Part shown: one piece after another, positions 12,796-26,353 of the stretch
Numbering within the stretch: position 1 is the first letter of the stretch
How the letters are laid out: each line of letters opens with the position of its first letter
Assembly: GCF_006345805.1 (NCBI RefSeq)
Contig: NW_021831830.1
Location: forward strand, 3,781 to 67,780
Origin: Octopus sinensis
Taxonomy: Eukaryota
Direction: 5' to 3'
Length of the DNA: 64,000 nucleotides
Position numbers and translations under genes: made by a program
The notes under the pieces: generated by a model
Databases searched by the model: none
Seen by the model: the letters and a program-made list of their open reading frames with translations, nothing else
Told to the model about the DNA's origin: nothing

Positions 12796-13295
12796 CTAGC
12801 AGTATCGCCCGGCGTTGCTCGGGTTTGTAAGGGAAATAACTATATAAGCATTTTTAGAGAGTTACTTCCCTTATAAATTCGGGCTTTCTTAGCCATTTTT
12901 GTTTTGGTGTCTTCAAGCCATGAAGTCGTTGTTCTAAAAGAACGCTGGTTTCCTTCACAACGCATTACGACGTTGATTTCTTTACACTCCCTTCCCCACA
13001 GCTTCACGAGGGAGGAAAGGGGGAGAAGCAAACAGGTGCAGCTGTGAGCGTGGACGCCAACTCCGCCGCCATCGACACACGATGCATTTTATGCATTAAA
13101 AGGAATAAAAAATTATGTTAAATTATTTTTAAAATCGTAGACTCATCGTTGACGCGCGCTAATAGTCAGACGGACTCGATATGAATCACGACTATAAGAT
13201 ACCCGAATTTGGTTAAACTGCACCGCAAAATGTGGGAGGAGTTAGGAATCTAAATCGAAGGGGACAGACACTCACACAACTAGAGTTTTATATAT
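12796..13295 (-). mobile_element. Non-autonomous Helitron
   Basis: Minus-strand 3' end cccgagcaacgccggg hairpin followed by ...tgCTAG; 5' end tatataaaactctagttgtgtg; same ends as copies at 39424, 40035 and 42236. Confidence 0.8.
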
Positions 13296-13381
13296 CTTAT
13301 TTCTACTTTTATTCTCTTATTTCCCTCTATATTCCCTTTCTCCTCCTTTTCCATAATAATTCGAACTCCAATTCTCACACC

Positions 13382-13429
13382 GTCTCTGATGAAGGGATAA
13401 CCATAATATCTCAAAAACAGCTCTAAGAC
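13382..13429 (+). ncRNA. Degenerate type I hammerhead motif
   Basis: gtct-CTGATGA-agggata..tatctc-aAAA-cagct(c)-TA-agac; GAAA and stem III are mutated. Confidence 0.55.
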
Positions 13430-13621
13430 TATTTCATTATAAATATTCTGAAAACTCCTCACAGCATTGGCTTTCTTATTTCATTCTATCTAAAACACAC
13501 ACACAAACACACACACGAATATATAAATATACATATACACACACAAATATATATATATATATATATATGAAAAAACAAGTCAAAAATAGAAAATGCTAAG
13601 ATGATTTTATAGTGAATCTTT

Positions 13622-13661
13622 CAGTACCGGTTTCGGTCATTTTGAGACCTTTCAATGTACG
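13622..13661 (-). ncRNA. Degenerate hammerhead-like motif
   Basis: Minus strand ttgaaa-ggtc(tcaaaat)gacc-GAAA-ccgg-TA-ctg; core degenerate. Confidence 0.4.
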
Positions 13662-13830
13662 ATTAAATGATTAAATTAGAAAATTAGAAGAAAAGTTCTT
13701 TTCTTTAAAAATATTTCTGTAGTAGTGTTCAGATATAAGTAGCATTCTGCCTTTCTCTGACTCCCTTGTTTGCACTTGTGTGTTCGAGGTCGTTTTGGAT
13801 ATATACATATATATTGGATATATACATATA

Positions 13831-14014
13831 TATAGATATATACATATATATTTACATAAATATGCATATATACATAGTGAGCTACATAAAGATTTGAATA
13901 GAAAATTATGTATATACATATATATATATATATACATAATTTTCTATTCAAATCTTTATGTAGCTCACTATGTATATATGCATATTTATGTAAATATATA
14001 TGTATATATCTATA
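13831..14014. repeat. Near-perfect palindrome (~85-bp arms) centred on a TA tract
   Basis: catagtgagctacataaagatttgaatagaaaattatg / cataattttctattcaaatctttatgtagctcactatg. Confidence 0.93.
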
Positions 14015-14341
14015 CACATATATGTTACATACAAAATTAAGAGGAATGACCACTAAAGTGGACAGCCTATATGCTAAACATAGACGTCAAATCATCATTA
14101 CCACGAAGAATGTGCTCTGAAGAAAAAAAATCTAAGCAAAACGCCAAAATGTAACAATGAGCAAAACAAATGAAAACATACGAAATAAAAACGATTACCT
14201 TCGTAACAATTAGTTTCATTTGTTAATATCTACGTATATAAACACGCAGATATCTGCAAGATCATCAAATATACATATATATATATATATATATAATATA
14301 TATATATATATATAAAAAGAAAACAGGATGCAAAGGATTTA

Positions 14342-14427
14342 GCGGTACATATGTTCTGGCTTTATTAGACAGTTTATATCAATGCATAATTGATGTAATA
14401 TGTATGTCAATAGCCTTCTTCAGCCGC
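14342..14427 (-). ncRNA. Hammerhead motif, diverged relative of the 1872-1965 family
   Basis: gcgg-CTGAAGA-aggct...agcc-aGAA-catatg-TA-ccgc. Confidence 0.6.
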
Positions 14428-14635
14428 GCACAATCACCACAGCAAAGACATGTATTACATTATAAGTTTGGGGAAGCGAATTCTCGTAGTCGTATACAGC
14501 AGAGCGAGACAGCAAAACAAAAAAAATATATGTGTGTATATATTTATACATCATAGACACATGTATATATCTATGCAGTCCCTTCATATGCACGTATGTG
14601 CGCTTGCTCAATTGTGTACACGTTTTGTTTGTTTG

Positions 14636-14895
14636 TATGTGTGTGTGCTTGTGTGTGTGTATGTGTGTGTGCATGTGTGTGTGTTCTCTATGTGTGTGTG
14701 TGTGTGAGTGTATGTGTGTGTGTGTCTATGTGTGTGTGTGTGTCTATGTGTGTATGTGTGTGTGCATGTGTGTGTGTGTGAGTGTATATGTGTGTGTATG
14801 TGTGTATGTGTGTGCGTGTGTATGTGTGTGTGAGTGTGTGCGTGTGTGAGTGTATGTGTGTGTATGTGTGTGTGCGTGTGTGTATGTGTGTGTGT

Positions 14896-14935
<40 letters not shown>

Positions 14936-14941
14936 TGTGTG
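14636..14941. repeat. (GT)n microsatellite
   Basis: Direct inspection. Confidence 0.95.
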
Positions 14942-15335
14942 CAAGCGCGCTATGAATTAGCGATTCCATTCCAGAACTCTGCATCCTGAAACGAAATTTC
15001 GCCATAGACGAACTTTTCTCTTCATCGCTTTGGAGTCGATACCAAAGCCAGCTAGTCTTGTATCGGATTCCTCTTTTAAATAATAGATTATCGATTCTCC
15101 GCTTCATTAGGGTATCGGAAAAAAGAATGTTTCGCTATTTCTTCCGGCACTTTACGTTCTTAGTTCAAATCGTACACAGGTTAAGTTTGCCTTTAACCCT
15201 TTTGGCGCGTGTCGAATACTCGGATCGATTACATCGATTGGGAATTCATGGATTTTGCCGAGATTAGAGATTATGTTCTAATTCACATATACACATACGT
15301 GCACACATATAAATATATACAAACCTACGCTTATG

Positions 15336-15377
<42 letters not shown>

Positions 15378-15506
15378 TGTGTGTGTCTGTGTCTGTGTCT
15401 GTCTGTATGTACATGTATATGTATATATATGAGTGTGTGTGTGTGTATATATATATATCTATGTATTATATATATATATACATACATATATATACATATA
15501 TATTTA

Positions 15507-15544
<38 letters not shown>

Positions 15545-15968
15545 AATATATTTATATATATATATAATATTATTATATATATATATATATATAATATGTA
15601 TATATATATTTGTATACATATACGTATGTATGTAAGCATGCATGTATGCACTTGTTACAGTCACTAGTCTGCGGCCATGCCGGAGCACCACCTTAGAGAC
15701 TATTGGTCGATTGAATCGACCCCATTATTTGTTTTTCTTTTCTTTTCAAGCTGGATCTTTATTTTTCCCTCTCTTGTCTCTGGGGACATGAACACACCAA
15801 CACCTCTCAACAAGTGTTGCTGGAGAGCTAGCAAACGCAAACACACATACATATACGCACACAGACGCATGCACTAACATGCACGCACACCCAAGGCACG
15901 CGAGCGTAGCACACGCATGCACACACACACGTACACGCACGCACACACACACACACACACACACATAG

Positions 15969-16117
15969 ACGCAGGCGTGGCTGTGTGGTGAGGAGTTTAT
16001 TTCCCAACCGTTCGTTTCCGAGTTCAGTCCCATTGCGTGGTACCTTGGTACCTCTTTAAACGCGGACCCATTAAATCCTTCTGAATGGATTTGATTATTG
16101 CTGGAAACTGAAAGAAC

Positions 16118-16166
<49 letters not shown>

Positions 16167-16341
16167 CCTTTGTTTATGTGTTGGTCACCCACCACTGCAG
16201 ATTTTCGAGTGCATACGCCCAACTAACATAGCGCTTCGGCAACAGAAACTGATAGAATATATACCAGGATTCAAAAATAAAAACTGCTGTCTATTCGTTC
16301 GACTAAAATTCTTCAAGGTGGTGCTACAGCATGGCCGCAGT
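15969..16341 (+). mobile_element. Diverged full copy of the major SINE, followed by (CATA)n at 16351-16631
   Basis: Head gcaggcgtggctgtgtggtgagg...gagttcagtccc; tail ggtggtgctacagcatggccgcag. Confidence 0.8.
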
Positions 16342-17081
16342 CTAGCTAGATACATACATACATACGTACGTACATACATACATACATACATACATACATA
16401 CATACATACATACATACATGCATACATACATACATACATACATACATACGTACGTACGTACATACATACACACACACATACATACATACATACATACATA
16501 CATACATTCATACATACACACATACATACATACATACATACATACATACATACGTACACACACATACATACATACATACATACATACATACATACATACA
16601 TACATACATACATACATACGTAGGTACATACATGAAAAAAATATCTGTGTGATTTTTAAGATGTAATTGAGTTATATATGTCCTATTGAAGATGTATTGA
16701 AGTTCAGAAATACTTTATAACAGATAAATTATACAGGAAACACAATGCTTAACCATATATGTATATATATACATATATATATATATATGTATATATATGC
16801 GGTGTGATGTTTACTCTAAATAATTAAGCAGTGTCTGTTTGAGAAGGCATTCTCAAAGATTGCATTGTAGGTTGTTTTGTGTAAGAGACAAACAGGAAAA
16901 CCTCGTATAAAACACAATTCGTATTGTACTGCATACAATAGAGTGCAGTCTACAAAATCGCAGACAATAGACTGGAGTGGCGGTAGGATATTGAATGGAA
17001 TTAAATGAATAAAAATATATACATCTTTGAGGACGCACAGACATATGAATATACACCTTACCGTACTGCCAGACATAAATG

Positions 17082-17141
<60 letters not shown>

Positions 17142-17199
17142 ATTATATATATATATTATATATATATATATTATATATATATATAATATATATATTTGA

Positions 17200-17452
17200 A
17201 CTGTTCAAAAATGTTTCGGCCTCAAAGCTGCGGTCATACTGGAGTATCACCTTTGACTGAGCTACACTATTATTTGAAGATCCTTCTGATGTGTGGTATT
17301 TGGTCAATGAGGGGGTTTGATGCTGCTGCCCTCATCTGTGTTTCTTGCCGTGGGGTAGGCACGTCTGGAACCCTCGACAGGAAGTGATTCTCTTTTGTTT
17401 TGAAGATACTTCCATGCACACTATAGAGGTCTCTCAGGCATTTTGGAAGGAT
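17200..17452 (-). mobile_element. CR1-like LINE 3' fragment between (TA)n tracts
   Basis: ILPKCLRDLYSVHGSIFK...FLSRVPDVPTPRQETQMRAAASNPL matches the C-terminus of ORF 24064-24627; tail ccagtatgaccgcagctttgaggccgaaac. Confidence 0.9.
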
Positions 17453-17784
17453 ATATATATATATATATAAAGAATGCAAATAACGGGACAAGAACGCATC
17501 AGGCGACAACAACACATCCAGACAGTTAGATGACACAAAAAGTGACAGGAAAAAACAAGCACGGGTCATTCGGAGTTTTCTTTCGCCAGTCGTGTTCCAG
17601 ATTATCTTTGCAGTTTCAGTTGGCTATATTCGAGACTGCTCCAATCTGGCCAGCCCCAAGGAAAATCTAAGGTAAGAGCACTATATTTCTTGGAAGAAAG
17701 CAGCGAATGTATGCGAAAGCTAAGGAGAGAAAAAAACAAAGAAATGGTACACAAATACTAATGCAAACAACAGGTATGTTACGA

Positions 17785-17820
<36 letters not shown>

Positions 17821-17826
<6 letters not shown>

Positions 17827-18021
17827 AAGGGCTTAGTAAAATAAATTACTTTGCCGCATACTGAACTCATTAGAAATAGCAGCTAAAAAACTTTTTAAGG
17901 CTATTTCTAATACTTAAAGAAAATCTCTTTAAGTATTAGAATAGCCTTAAAAAGTTTTTAAGCTCTATTTCTAATGAGTTCGTATGCGGCAAGTAATTTA
18001 TTTACACTAAGCCCTTTTATA
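17821..18021. repeat. Long inverted repeat (~100-bp arms, 5-nt loop) adjoining (TA)n
   Basis: ataaaagggcttagt...tacttaaaga / tctttaagta...actaagcccttttat. Confidence 0.92.
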
Positions 18022-18118
18022 TAATGTAATATTGAATTCGCCTTGAATGGTCCCTTTGCATACTGAACACTTGGTGAAATTGATTAATAATTAATTAATT
18101 TTGCCCTCAATTGTTGAA

Positions 18119-18149
<31 letters not shown>

Positions 18150-18226
18150 TACACGCATATACACACACACTCACGCACGCTCGCACACAAAAGGCGTGTA
18201 CGCACGTATATGTACTTAGAGATAGA

Positions 18227-18412
18227 TATGAGGTGATATCAAAAAGGACTAGGTATGTCTAATAATAAATAAGTTATTTACCTAGGTTTTAACAGCAGTT
18301 CCTTCAAAATAGTCGCCTTGCGCAGCAATACGCTGTTTCCAACGTCCCTGCCACTTTTGGAATCCGGTCAGGAAGTTGTTTTCCGTATGCGAGTCGAGGA
18401 CCTTCTGGGATT
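18227..18412 (-). mobile_element. Mariner transposase C-terminal relic with TIR-like end
   Basis: [21 protein letters not shown] motif; tatgaggtgatatcaaaaag resembles a mariner TIR. Confidence 0.75.
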
Positions 18413-18414
18413 TG

Positions 18415-18472
<58 letters not shown>

Positions 18473-20427
18473 ATATATATATATTTATATGCGTGTGTAT
18501 ATATATATATGTATATATATATATGACCAAAGTTAGTTGAGTGTGAAGTTGGGGCATTTCCAGAGAAGTACTCAACCAGAATACTGGGCTGTATGCACCC
18601 TGCGCTTTGAGAGATTCACCTCCACCGCGTCAAATGGCAATCTAGCAGTGTACAATTCCGGCACGTTCATTGAGTATACGTGCTCGATAATGTTTACAAC
18701 GCTAGCGCTGCTTCAAATCTTCAATTTCATATTTGAGTGTATATACATATATATATATGTATGTATGTATGTATGTATATGTGTGTGTCTTCGAGCCTGT
18801 CTTAGTCCACTACTTCCGCTTAACAACCGGTGTCTGTTGATTTTCATCCTCCTAACACAGCAATTTGGCAAAAGAGACCGATAGAATGAGTTGTAGGCTT
18901 TCAGACGTGTGATTACCGGGGTCGATTTGTTCGACTACAAATGAAACTTCCTGTCGCTGCCCCAGCATGTGCGCCGTCTGAAGACCGAAAAAAGAAAAAT
19001 AATTTTCTTAAAAAAAAGATAAACAACTATATCTATAAATTTATATCTTTAATAACCAACATCTGTGATAAGACAAAAGAAAATTAAATTGTTTGGATGG
19101 AAAAATAATACATTGTTTTTAATTTTTCTTCCTCAAAATTTTGGACAAAGCATTTTGAAATGTCAAGCGTACTTTTAGATTTCTTTTAAGTGAAGTTTAC
19201 AAGATGGTTCTGTCAACATTTAAATGAAGAATGTTTGGTTATGAGGCTTTTGTTTTAGATTTACCTCAAGAGAAAAAAATTCTATTCAAATATGGTTATT
19301 AAAAACTAAATTGTTATTCTTTGTGAAATAGCTACATCATATTCTGTAAACCGCAAACTGGTGAAGACGAAGAAAAGGCTAAATTTTTTGATTACCATAA
19401 AGCAGGTAGGTCTACATCCCGAGAAAACGTGTTCTGGGAGGTGTAGGAATGATAATCTTTCTGGTGATAGGAAACTGAAATTCTGAGATCTACATGGCTT
19501 AGAAATTCTGAAACACATGTTACCAGAAAGAGCAATACAATCTGGTTGAAACGAGGTGGTTTTACCGATAAAAGATATGCTAAGAACCTTCTTTTAACCA
19601 AGAAAACCATTAAGGGTAGAAAACACGTTTTGGCTAAACAAGGTAGCTATGACTACGTTCCGTTTTCTATAGAAAGGTAAATATATATATTGAAAGTGAG
19701 TGATAATGTCCCAGGAGAAAAATTTGTCCCAGGAGAAAACATTTTCAAACAGTGATTAACATTGGGAAAGTATGAAACATGATTGGGGCGATATTGGTAT
19801 ATTGTTATGGATGGCCAGGGCTATGACAGTTGAAACAAAGTATTAGGTTTTCCGTCTGTGACGACGGTGATCAATCGGTTGTCCAACTGAATGCATTCTT
19901 TTTCTTGTATATCGCTGAGGATTCAACAGAGAGAGGGGTGTCCATAAAGAAAATATGAAACCGACCCAGTGTGACATCAAGAGAAAACGTGGACGCAGAA
20001 TCACCCCTAGCACCGATAAAATATTTCAATTAGCAACTACGGACGCCAACGTTATGATTTGAACGCAAGTTTCAGAAGCCGGAACGAATACTTCGAGATA
20101 CTCTATTTCATGATTTAACGACTGTGTTTCGGTTTTGTTGAGCTAAAAATTGCAACGGGAACAAAGGTGGAGTCGAAATGTATCATGTTTGTGATTCGTT
20201 GTTAAACTTTATAAATTACAATGCGTTATTTGTGTTAGAAAGATACCTGATTCATTTCATACAACTGCATATGGAATTGGTGTGTGACGTACATATATTT
20301 CATGTAAATGAAGAACGCGTGGTTTGAGGTATTCTGAAATGAGTGAAATCAACATGTACCTCCTCGTCATATTTTAATAATATACTGTTTAATTGCCTTT
20401 GAATATATATACATATATATTATATAT

Positions 20428-20469
<42 letters not shown>

Positions 20470-20472
20470 TAT

Positions 20473-21576
<1,104 letters not shown>

Positions 21577-22150
21577 AGAGGGAAATCTGAGGGAGAGTGA
21601 GGCGGAGATTGACAGAAAAAGAGAGAGAGGGACAGAGTGAGACAAGGTCGAATGTAGCAGTGATGTGTGTTGTTTCAATGAAATTTGAATGGAATAAGAA
21701 ATAAATTAAATATATTTTGCCGTTCTGGAGATTGGTGAATCAAGATTTCTATATTGATATTTGTCGCAGGTCTCTGCACGACAAAGAGTAAAACGGGCGA
21801 GGTGTTTGTGCTTGGTAACAGCATTGTTTGTACGCACGTGCCTGTCTGCATGGATATATATATATATATGTAATCTATACTTATATTTATGTTTACTTAT
21901 GTTTATATTCTCTTTTATATATAGTCTACTTATACAACATTACTCTTTTATGTACATTCCTTTATGTACACTGATTTGTTCTGCTTTTTATATTTAACAC
22001 TACAGTCTCTTATGTGGTGGTTTAATGGGGTGTGTGATTGAGTGTTGTCTGGTGGTTGATGTTTGATTTGGATGTATTTCTCCATTTTCTGATCTTGTAT
22101 ATATATATATACCGAATGTCAGATGGCCCAAGGGCCTTTCTCTCCCAGGA

Positions 22151-24067
22151 ATGACAAGATGTGAACGAGGACAGGCGAGGTCCCTCCTGAACCTCACCAA
22201 CACCCTGTACATGGAGCAAGTAATACTCCAACCAACCAGAGCGGGTAACACACTGGATCTCTGCTTCACAGATAATATGGATCTCATCCATAATGTGAAA
22301 GTGACACCGACACTACTCGCGGATCACAACATGGTAGAGCTGACCATGTACGGGCCAAAAGAGAGCACGGACATGCAGCCTACAAGAAACCCTCAGAATC
22401 TTTCCAGCTTGAACTTCAATAAGGCAAACTGGAAACAAATTGAGAAAGAGATCCTCAAACAAAACTGGCCTGAATGTCTCTCCTCGCCGGACATCGACAT
22501 GATACTTCAACAATTCATGTCTGTAATGCAAGCCATATGCTACAAATGTGTCCCAGAGAGAAAGGCCACTGTACACAAGAACAAAATCCCCAGAGAGAGG
22601 AATATTTTAATGAGACGGCGTACAAAAATTTCAAATCGCCTAAACAAACAAATTGAAAGCAGTGAAAAGTCCCGCCTGAAAATAAAACTGTTGGAAATTG
22701 AAAATTGTCTGCAACTCTCCCATGAGAAGGAAAGAGCAGACAAAGAAGCCTGGGCTAAAGACAACATAAAAACTAACCCCAGAGCTTTCTACAGGTATGC
22801 CAAAGAAACAGCTACGGTACACTGTAGGATAGGGCCACTCCTTGAAAAGGATGGCACACTCACAGGAAAACCAATGAGGGTAAGTGAAATACTGAATGAA
22901 CAATTCAAGAGTGTTTTCACTCCACCCCTTGGGCATTTCCAAATCAGCAATCCAACTGACTTCTTTACCACTGCAGATATAGAATCAGAGGCGGCGACGA
23001 TAAATTACATCGATATAAAGGAAGACGATGTAATAAAGGCTATAGATGAAATGAAAATAGACTCAGCTATTGGCCCCGATGGATTCCCGGCAATCCTCCT
23101 AAAAGTATGTAAGAGAGTCTTAGCAAGACCACTGCAGTTCCTCTTTCAGAGCTTCCTTGCAGCTGGCAAACTTCCAAGAAAACTGAAGGAAGGTAAAATA
23201 TGCCCTATTCATAAAGGAGGTAGCAGAGCGGAGGCCAAGAACTACAGACCTATCTCTCTGACCTCACACATCAGCAAGGTCATGGAACGAATAGTCAGAA
23301 GGAAACTAATCACCTTCCTTGAAGAAAATGACTTGCTGCCTGACACCCAACATGGTTTCCGACCAGGAAGAAGCTGCTTAACTCAGCTCCTGCAGCACTA
23401 TGACTGGGTGCTGAAACAACTGCTCAACCACACAAATGTGGAAGTCATATATCTCGACTTCGCAAAGGCCTTCGATAAAGTCGATCATGGAATGATATGT
23501 CACAAACTGCGTGATCTTGGCATAGTTGGAAAACTAGGAGAATGGCTTCACGACTTTCTGAAGAATAGAAGTCAGGTGGTAGTAGCCAATGGGGCCACTT
23601 CCATTAGCACGCAAATAGTGAGCGGTGTTCCACAGGGCACTGTTTTGGGACCACTACTGTTCATAATGGCCCTCTCAGACATGCCCTCAGCCACGCGGAG
23701 AGCCACGATCACAAGTTATGCAGATGATACAAAAGTTTCACAGGCAATACAGAACCCTGAAGACACTAGGCACCTGCAATATGAGCTGGACGAAATATAC
23801 AAGTGGGCTGAAAAGAATAGCATGCAGTTCAATGCTGAAAAGTTTCAAGCTTTATACTATCAGCATGCAAAACTGAATGCAATACCCAAGGAATACACTG
23901 GACCCGGAGGGATTGCAATCCCAGAGGCACAATCAGTGCGTGACCTGGGTATTCACATGAGTGATGACGCGACCTTTCATGTACATGTTGCTAAACTGAC
24001 AATGAAATGCAGACGGCTGGCTGGATGGATTCTTAGAACCTTTAGAACAAGAGAACAAGAACCATGA
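22151..24067 (+). CDS. LINE ORF2 (partial endonuclease plus reverse transcriptase), N-terminally truncated
   Basis: 638-aa open frame with the recognisable RT motifs; the frame is open back to 22112 (PNVRW). Confidence 0.9.
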   Translation: MTRCERGQARSLLNLTNTLYMEQVILQPTRAGNTLDLCFTDNMDLIHNVKVTPTLLADHNMVELTMYGPKESTDMQPTRNPQNLSSLNFNKANWKQIEKEILKQNWPECLSSPDIDMILQQFMSVMQAICYKCVPERKATVHKNKIPRERNILMRRRTKISNRLNKQIESSEKSRLKIKLLEIENCLQLSHEKERADKEAWAKDNIKTNPRAFYRYAKETATVHCRIGPLLEKDGTLTGKPMRVSEILNEQFKSVFTPPLGHFQISNPTDFFTTADIESEAATINYIDIKEDDVIKAIDEMKIDSAIGPDGFPAILLKVCKRVLARPLQFLFQSFLAAGKLPRKLKEGKICPIHKGGSRAEAKNYRPISLTSHISKVMERIVRRKLITFLEENDLLPDTQHGFRPGRSCLTQLLQHYDWVLKQLLNHTNVEVIYLDFAKAFDKVDHGMICHKLRDLGIVGKLGEWLHDFLKNRSQVVVANGATSISTQIVSGVPQGTVLGPLLFIMALSDMPSATRRATITSYADDTKVSQAIQNPEDTRHLQYELDEIYKWAEKNSMQFNAEKFQALYYQHAKLNAIPKEYTGPGGIAIPEAQSVRDLGIHMSDDATFHVHVAKLTMKCRRLAGWILRTFRTREQEP

Positions 24068-24627
24068 TGGTCCTCTGGAAGACACTTGTCCTAAGCCACT
24101 TTGACTATTGCTCTCAGCTATGGTCACCATCCAGTGTCAAGTTGATCACAGAACTTGAGGCGATCCAACGAAGCTACACGAAGAAGATAGCCTCTATGCA
24201 GAATGTAAGCTACTGGGAAAGACTCAAGAGATTAAAATTATATTCCCTGGAGCGTAGGCGGGAAAGATATGCCATAATATACATCTGGAAGATCCTGGAG
24301 GGAAGTGTCCTGAACTTTGGCATCGAGAGTTACGCAAATGCCAGAACTGGGCGCCACTGCGTGGTGCCTAGGACTCCAAACTTGCCATCAAGATGTAGGA
24401 CAAGATTCTGTGATAGCCTGGGCTTCCGAGGCCCACAGCTCTTCAATATCCTCCCGAAGAACCTGAGAGACCTGCATGGGGTGGATACAGATGTCTTTAA
24501 AATGGAGCTGGATCTCTTCCTGTCAGGTGTCCCAGATGAACCAACTTCACGGCAGGAGGGGCAGATGAGGGCAGCTGCATCGAACTCTCTCATGCACCAA
24601 ATAGCAGTTGCTAGAAAGCCTCCATGA
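24064..24627 (+). CDS. LINE ORF2 C-terminal part, separated by a 1-nt frameshift
   Basis: LWKTLVLSHFDYCSQLWSP...LEAIQR..TK...YWERLKRLKLYSLERRRER is a typical CR1 C-terminal region. Confidence 0.85.
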   Translation: MMVLWKTLVLSHFDYCSQLWSPSSVKLITELEAIQRSYTKKIASMQNVSYWERLKRLKLYSLERRRERYAIIYIWKILEGSVLNFGIESYANARTGRHCVVPRTPNLPSRCRTRFCDSLGFRGPQLFNILPKNLRDLHGVDTDVFKMELDLFLSGVPDEPTSRQEGQMRAAASNSLMHQIAVARKPP

Positions 24628-24752
24628 AGTGAAACCAAGTAGCAACACCAAATGGCGGTGCCCCAGCATGGCCACAGCTCATAAGCTGAAACTAGAATCA
24701 ATCAATCATCAATCAATCAATCAATCATATATATATATATATATATATATAT

Positions 24753-25137
24753 ACTCTTTACTCTCTTTTACTCTTTTACTTGTTTCAGTCATTTGACTGC
24801 GGCCATGCCGGATCACCGCGTTTAGTCGAGCAAATCGACCCTGAGACTTATTCTTTGTAATCCCAGTACTTATTCTATCGGTCTCTTTTGCCGAACCGCT
24901 AATGATGGGGACGTAAACACACCAGTATCGGTGTGACAGACACACAAACATAAAGAATATACATACATATATACGATAGGCTTCTTTCAGTTTCCGTCTA
25001 CCAAATCCACTCACAAGGCTTTGGTCGGCCCGAGGCTATAGTAGAAGACACTTGCCCAGGATGCCACGCAGTGGGACTGAACCTGGAACCATGTGGTTGG
25101 TTAGCAAGCTACTTACCAAACAGCCACTCCTGCGCCT
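24753..25137 (-). mobile_element. Full-length major tRNA/CORE-type SINE
   Basis: Head ggcgcaggagtggctgtttggtaagtagcttgct...ggttcagtccc; internal microsatellite; tail catggccgcagtcaaatgactgaaacaagtaaaagag. Confidence 0.92.
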
Positions 25138-25233
25138 ATATATATATATATGTATATATATATGTATATATATGTGTGTGTGTGTGTGTATGTGTGTTTG
25201 TTTCGTGGTGTGCCTTTGTAGGTGTATACATAT

Positions 25234-25276
<43 letters not shown>

Positions 25277-25787
25277 ACATACATATATATATATATATGT
25301 ATGTATGTATGTACATATATCTCAGTGTTTACATACAAGCATGTGTGTGTTTGTGTTTGTGTGTATGTATGTGTATACATATGTTCATAAGCATGCATAC
25401 ACACTCACCATCGCGTGCACTCAAAAATATACACTTATATTGATGTACATTCACGTCTTTTCTCACGCTGTCACACACACACACACACACATACACACCA
25501 ACCTTGAGGCAGGAAGCTCAGATAAGGGCAACAACACCGTAATTCCTTCATTCACCAAATGCCTCATATCAGAGAAGGTATACATATGTGTAGTATATAT
25601 ATATAGTGATTGCTTTCTCTTGACAGAAGATAGACGTCCTATCAACACATACACCACACCCCTTCACACAGCACAATCCCTCCGTTGATGAGCCCTGAGA
25701 TTACTCTTAAGGCTGACAGGATTTAAAACACAAGTGACAGATATTCAAATTTCTTTGCCCTTTCGAATCTGGTTCTGAAGGAATGAA

Positions 25788-25879
<92 letters not shown>

Positions 25880-25889
25880 ATAAATAGAC

Positions 25890-25978
<89 letters not shown>
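25788..25978. repeat. (GATA)n microsatellite
   Basis: Direct inspection. Confidence 0.97.
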
Positions 25979-25980
<2 letters not shown>

Positions 25981-26240
25981 GTTTCTTTATTAGCCACACA
26001 GGGCTGCATACAAACGGGACAAATTACAAGGTAGAGCTTTTCTTCTTAGTGATAAAAAAGAAGGTTTGGATTTCGATCAAAAGGGATCGTAAAAGGAAAG
26101 AAAGAGGGAAGCAAAAATAAGTGGGGGGGATTAAAATAAAAGGAAAAAGAAAAAAATCGATCAATAGGGATCGTTACCACAGAAATGTCAATATAAAGTG
26201 TAAAGGGGAGGACAGGTGAGGTTTACCCGAGGAAAGAAAA
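25979..26240 (-). mobile_element. Probable non-LTR retrotransposon 3' UTR fragment inside (GATA)n
   Basis: Pyrimidine-rich on the minus strand, ending gcagccctgtgtggctAATAAAgaaacat; flanked by GATA repeats. Confidence 0.5.
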
Positions 26241-26318
26241 ATAGATAGATAGATATATCGTGTATCACCTAACTGTATCCCGGTCCAGATGTTTAGCGTG
26301 CTTCTCTCAGTTTGTATT

Positions 26319-26353
<35 letters not shown>

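Larger units (their letters stand above)
22112..24727 (+). mobile_element. 5'-truncated CR1-clade LINE with (ATCA)n tail, flanked by (TA)n on both sides
   Basis: End of the APE endonuclease (PTRAGNTLDL); RT motifs YRPISLTS, QHGF, DFAKAFD, GVPQGTVLGPLLF and YADD; 3' UTR stem-loop and atca repeats. Confidence 0.95.

Noticed and set aside
19975-20070. Tc1-like transposase N-terminal peptide (RGRRITPSTDK)
   Set aside because: Weak similarity, and no TIR or catalytic motif was identified.
25685-25720. Possible hammerhead (ttgatga-gccctgag..aaggc)
   Set aside because: The GAAA box and stems I and III cannot be recovered.
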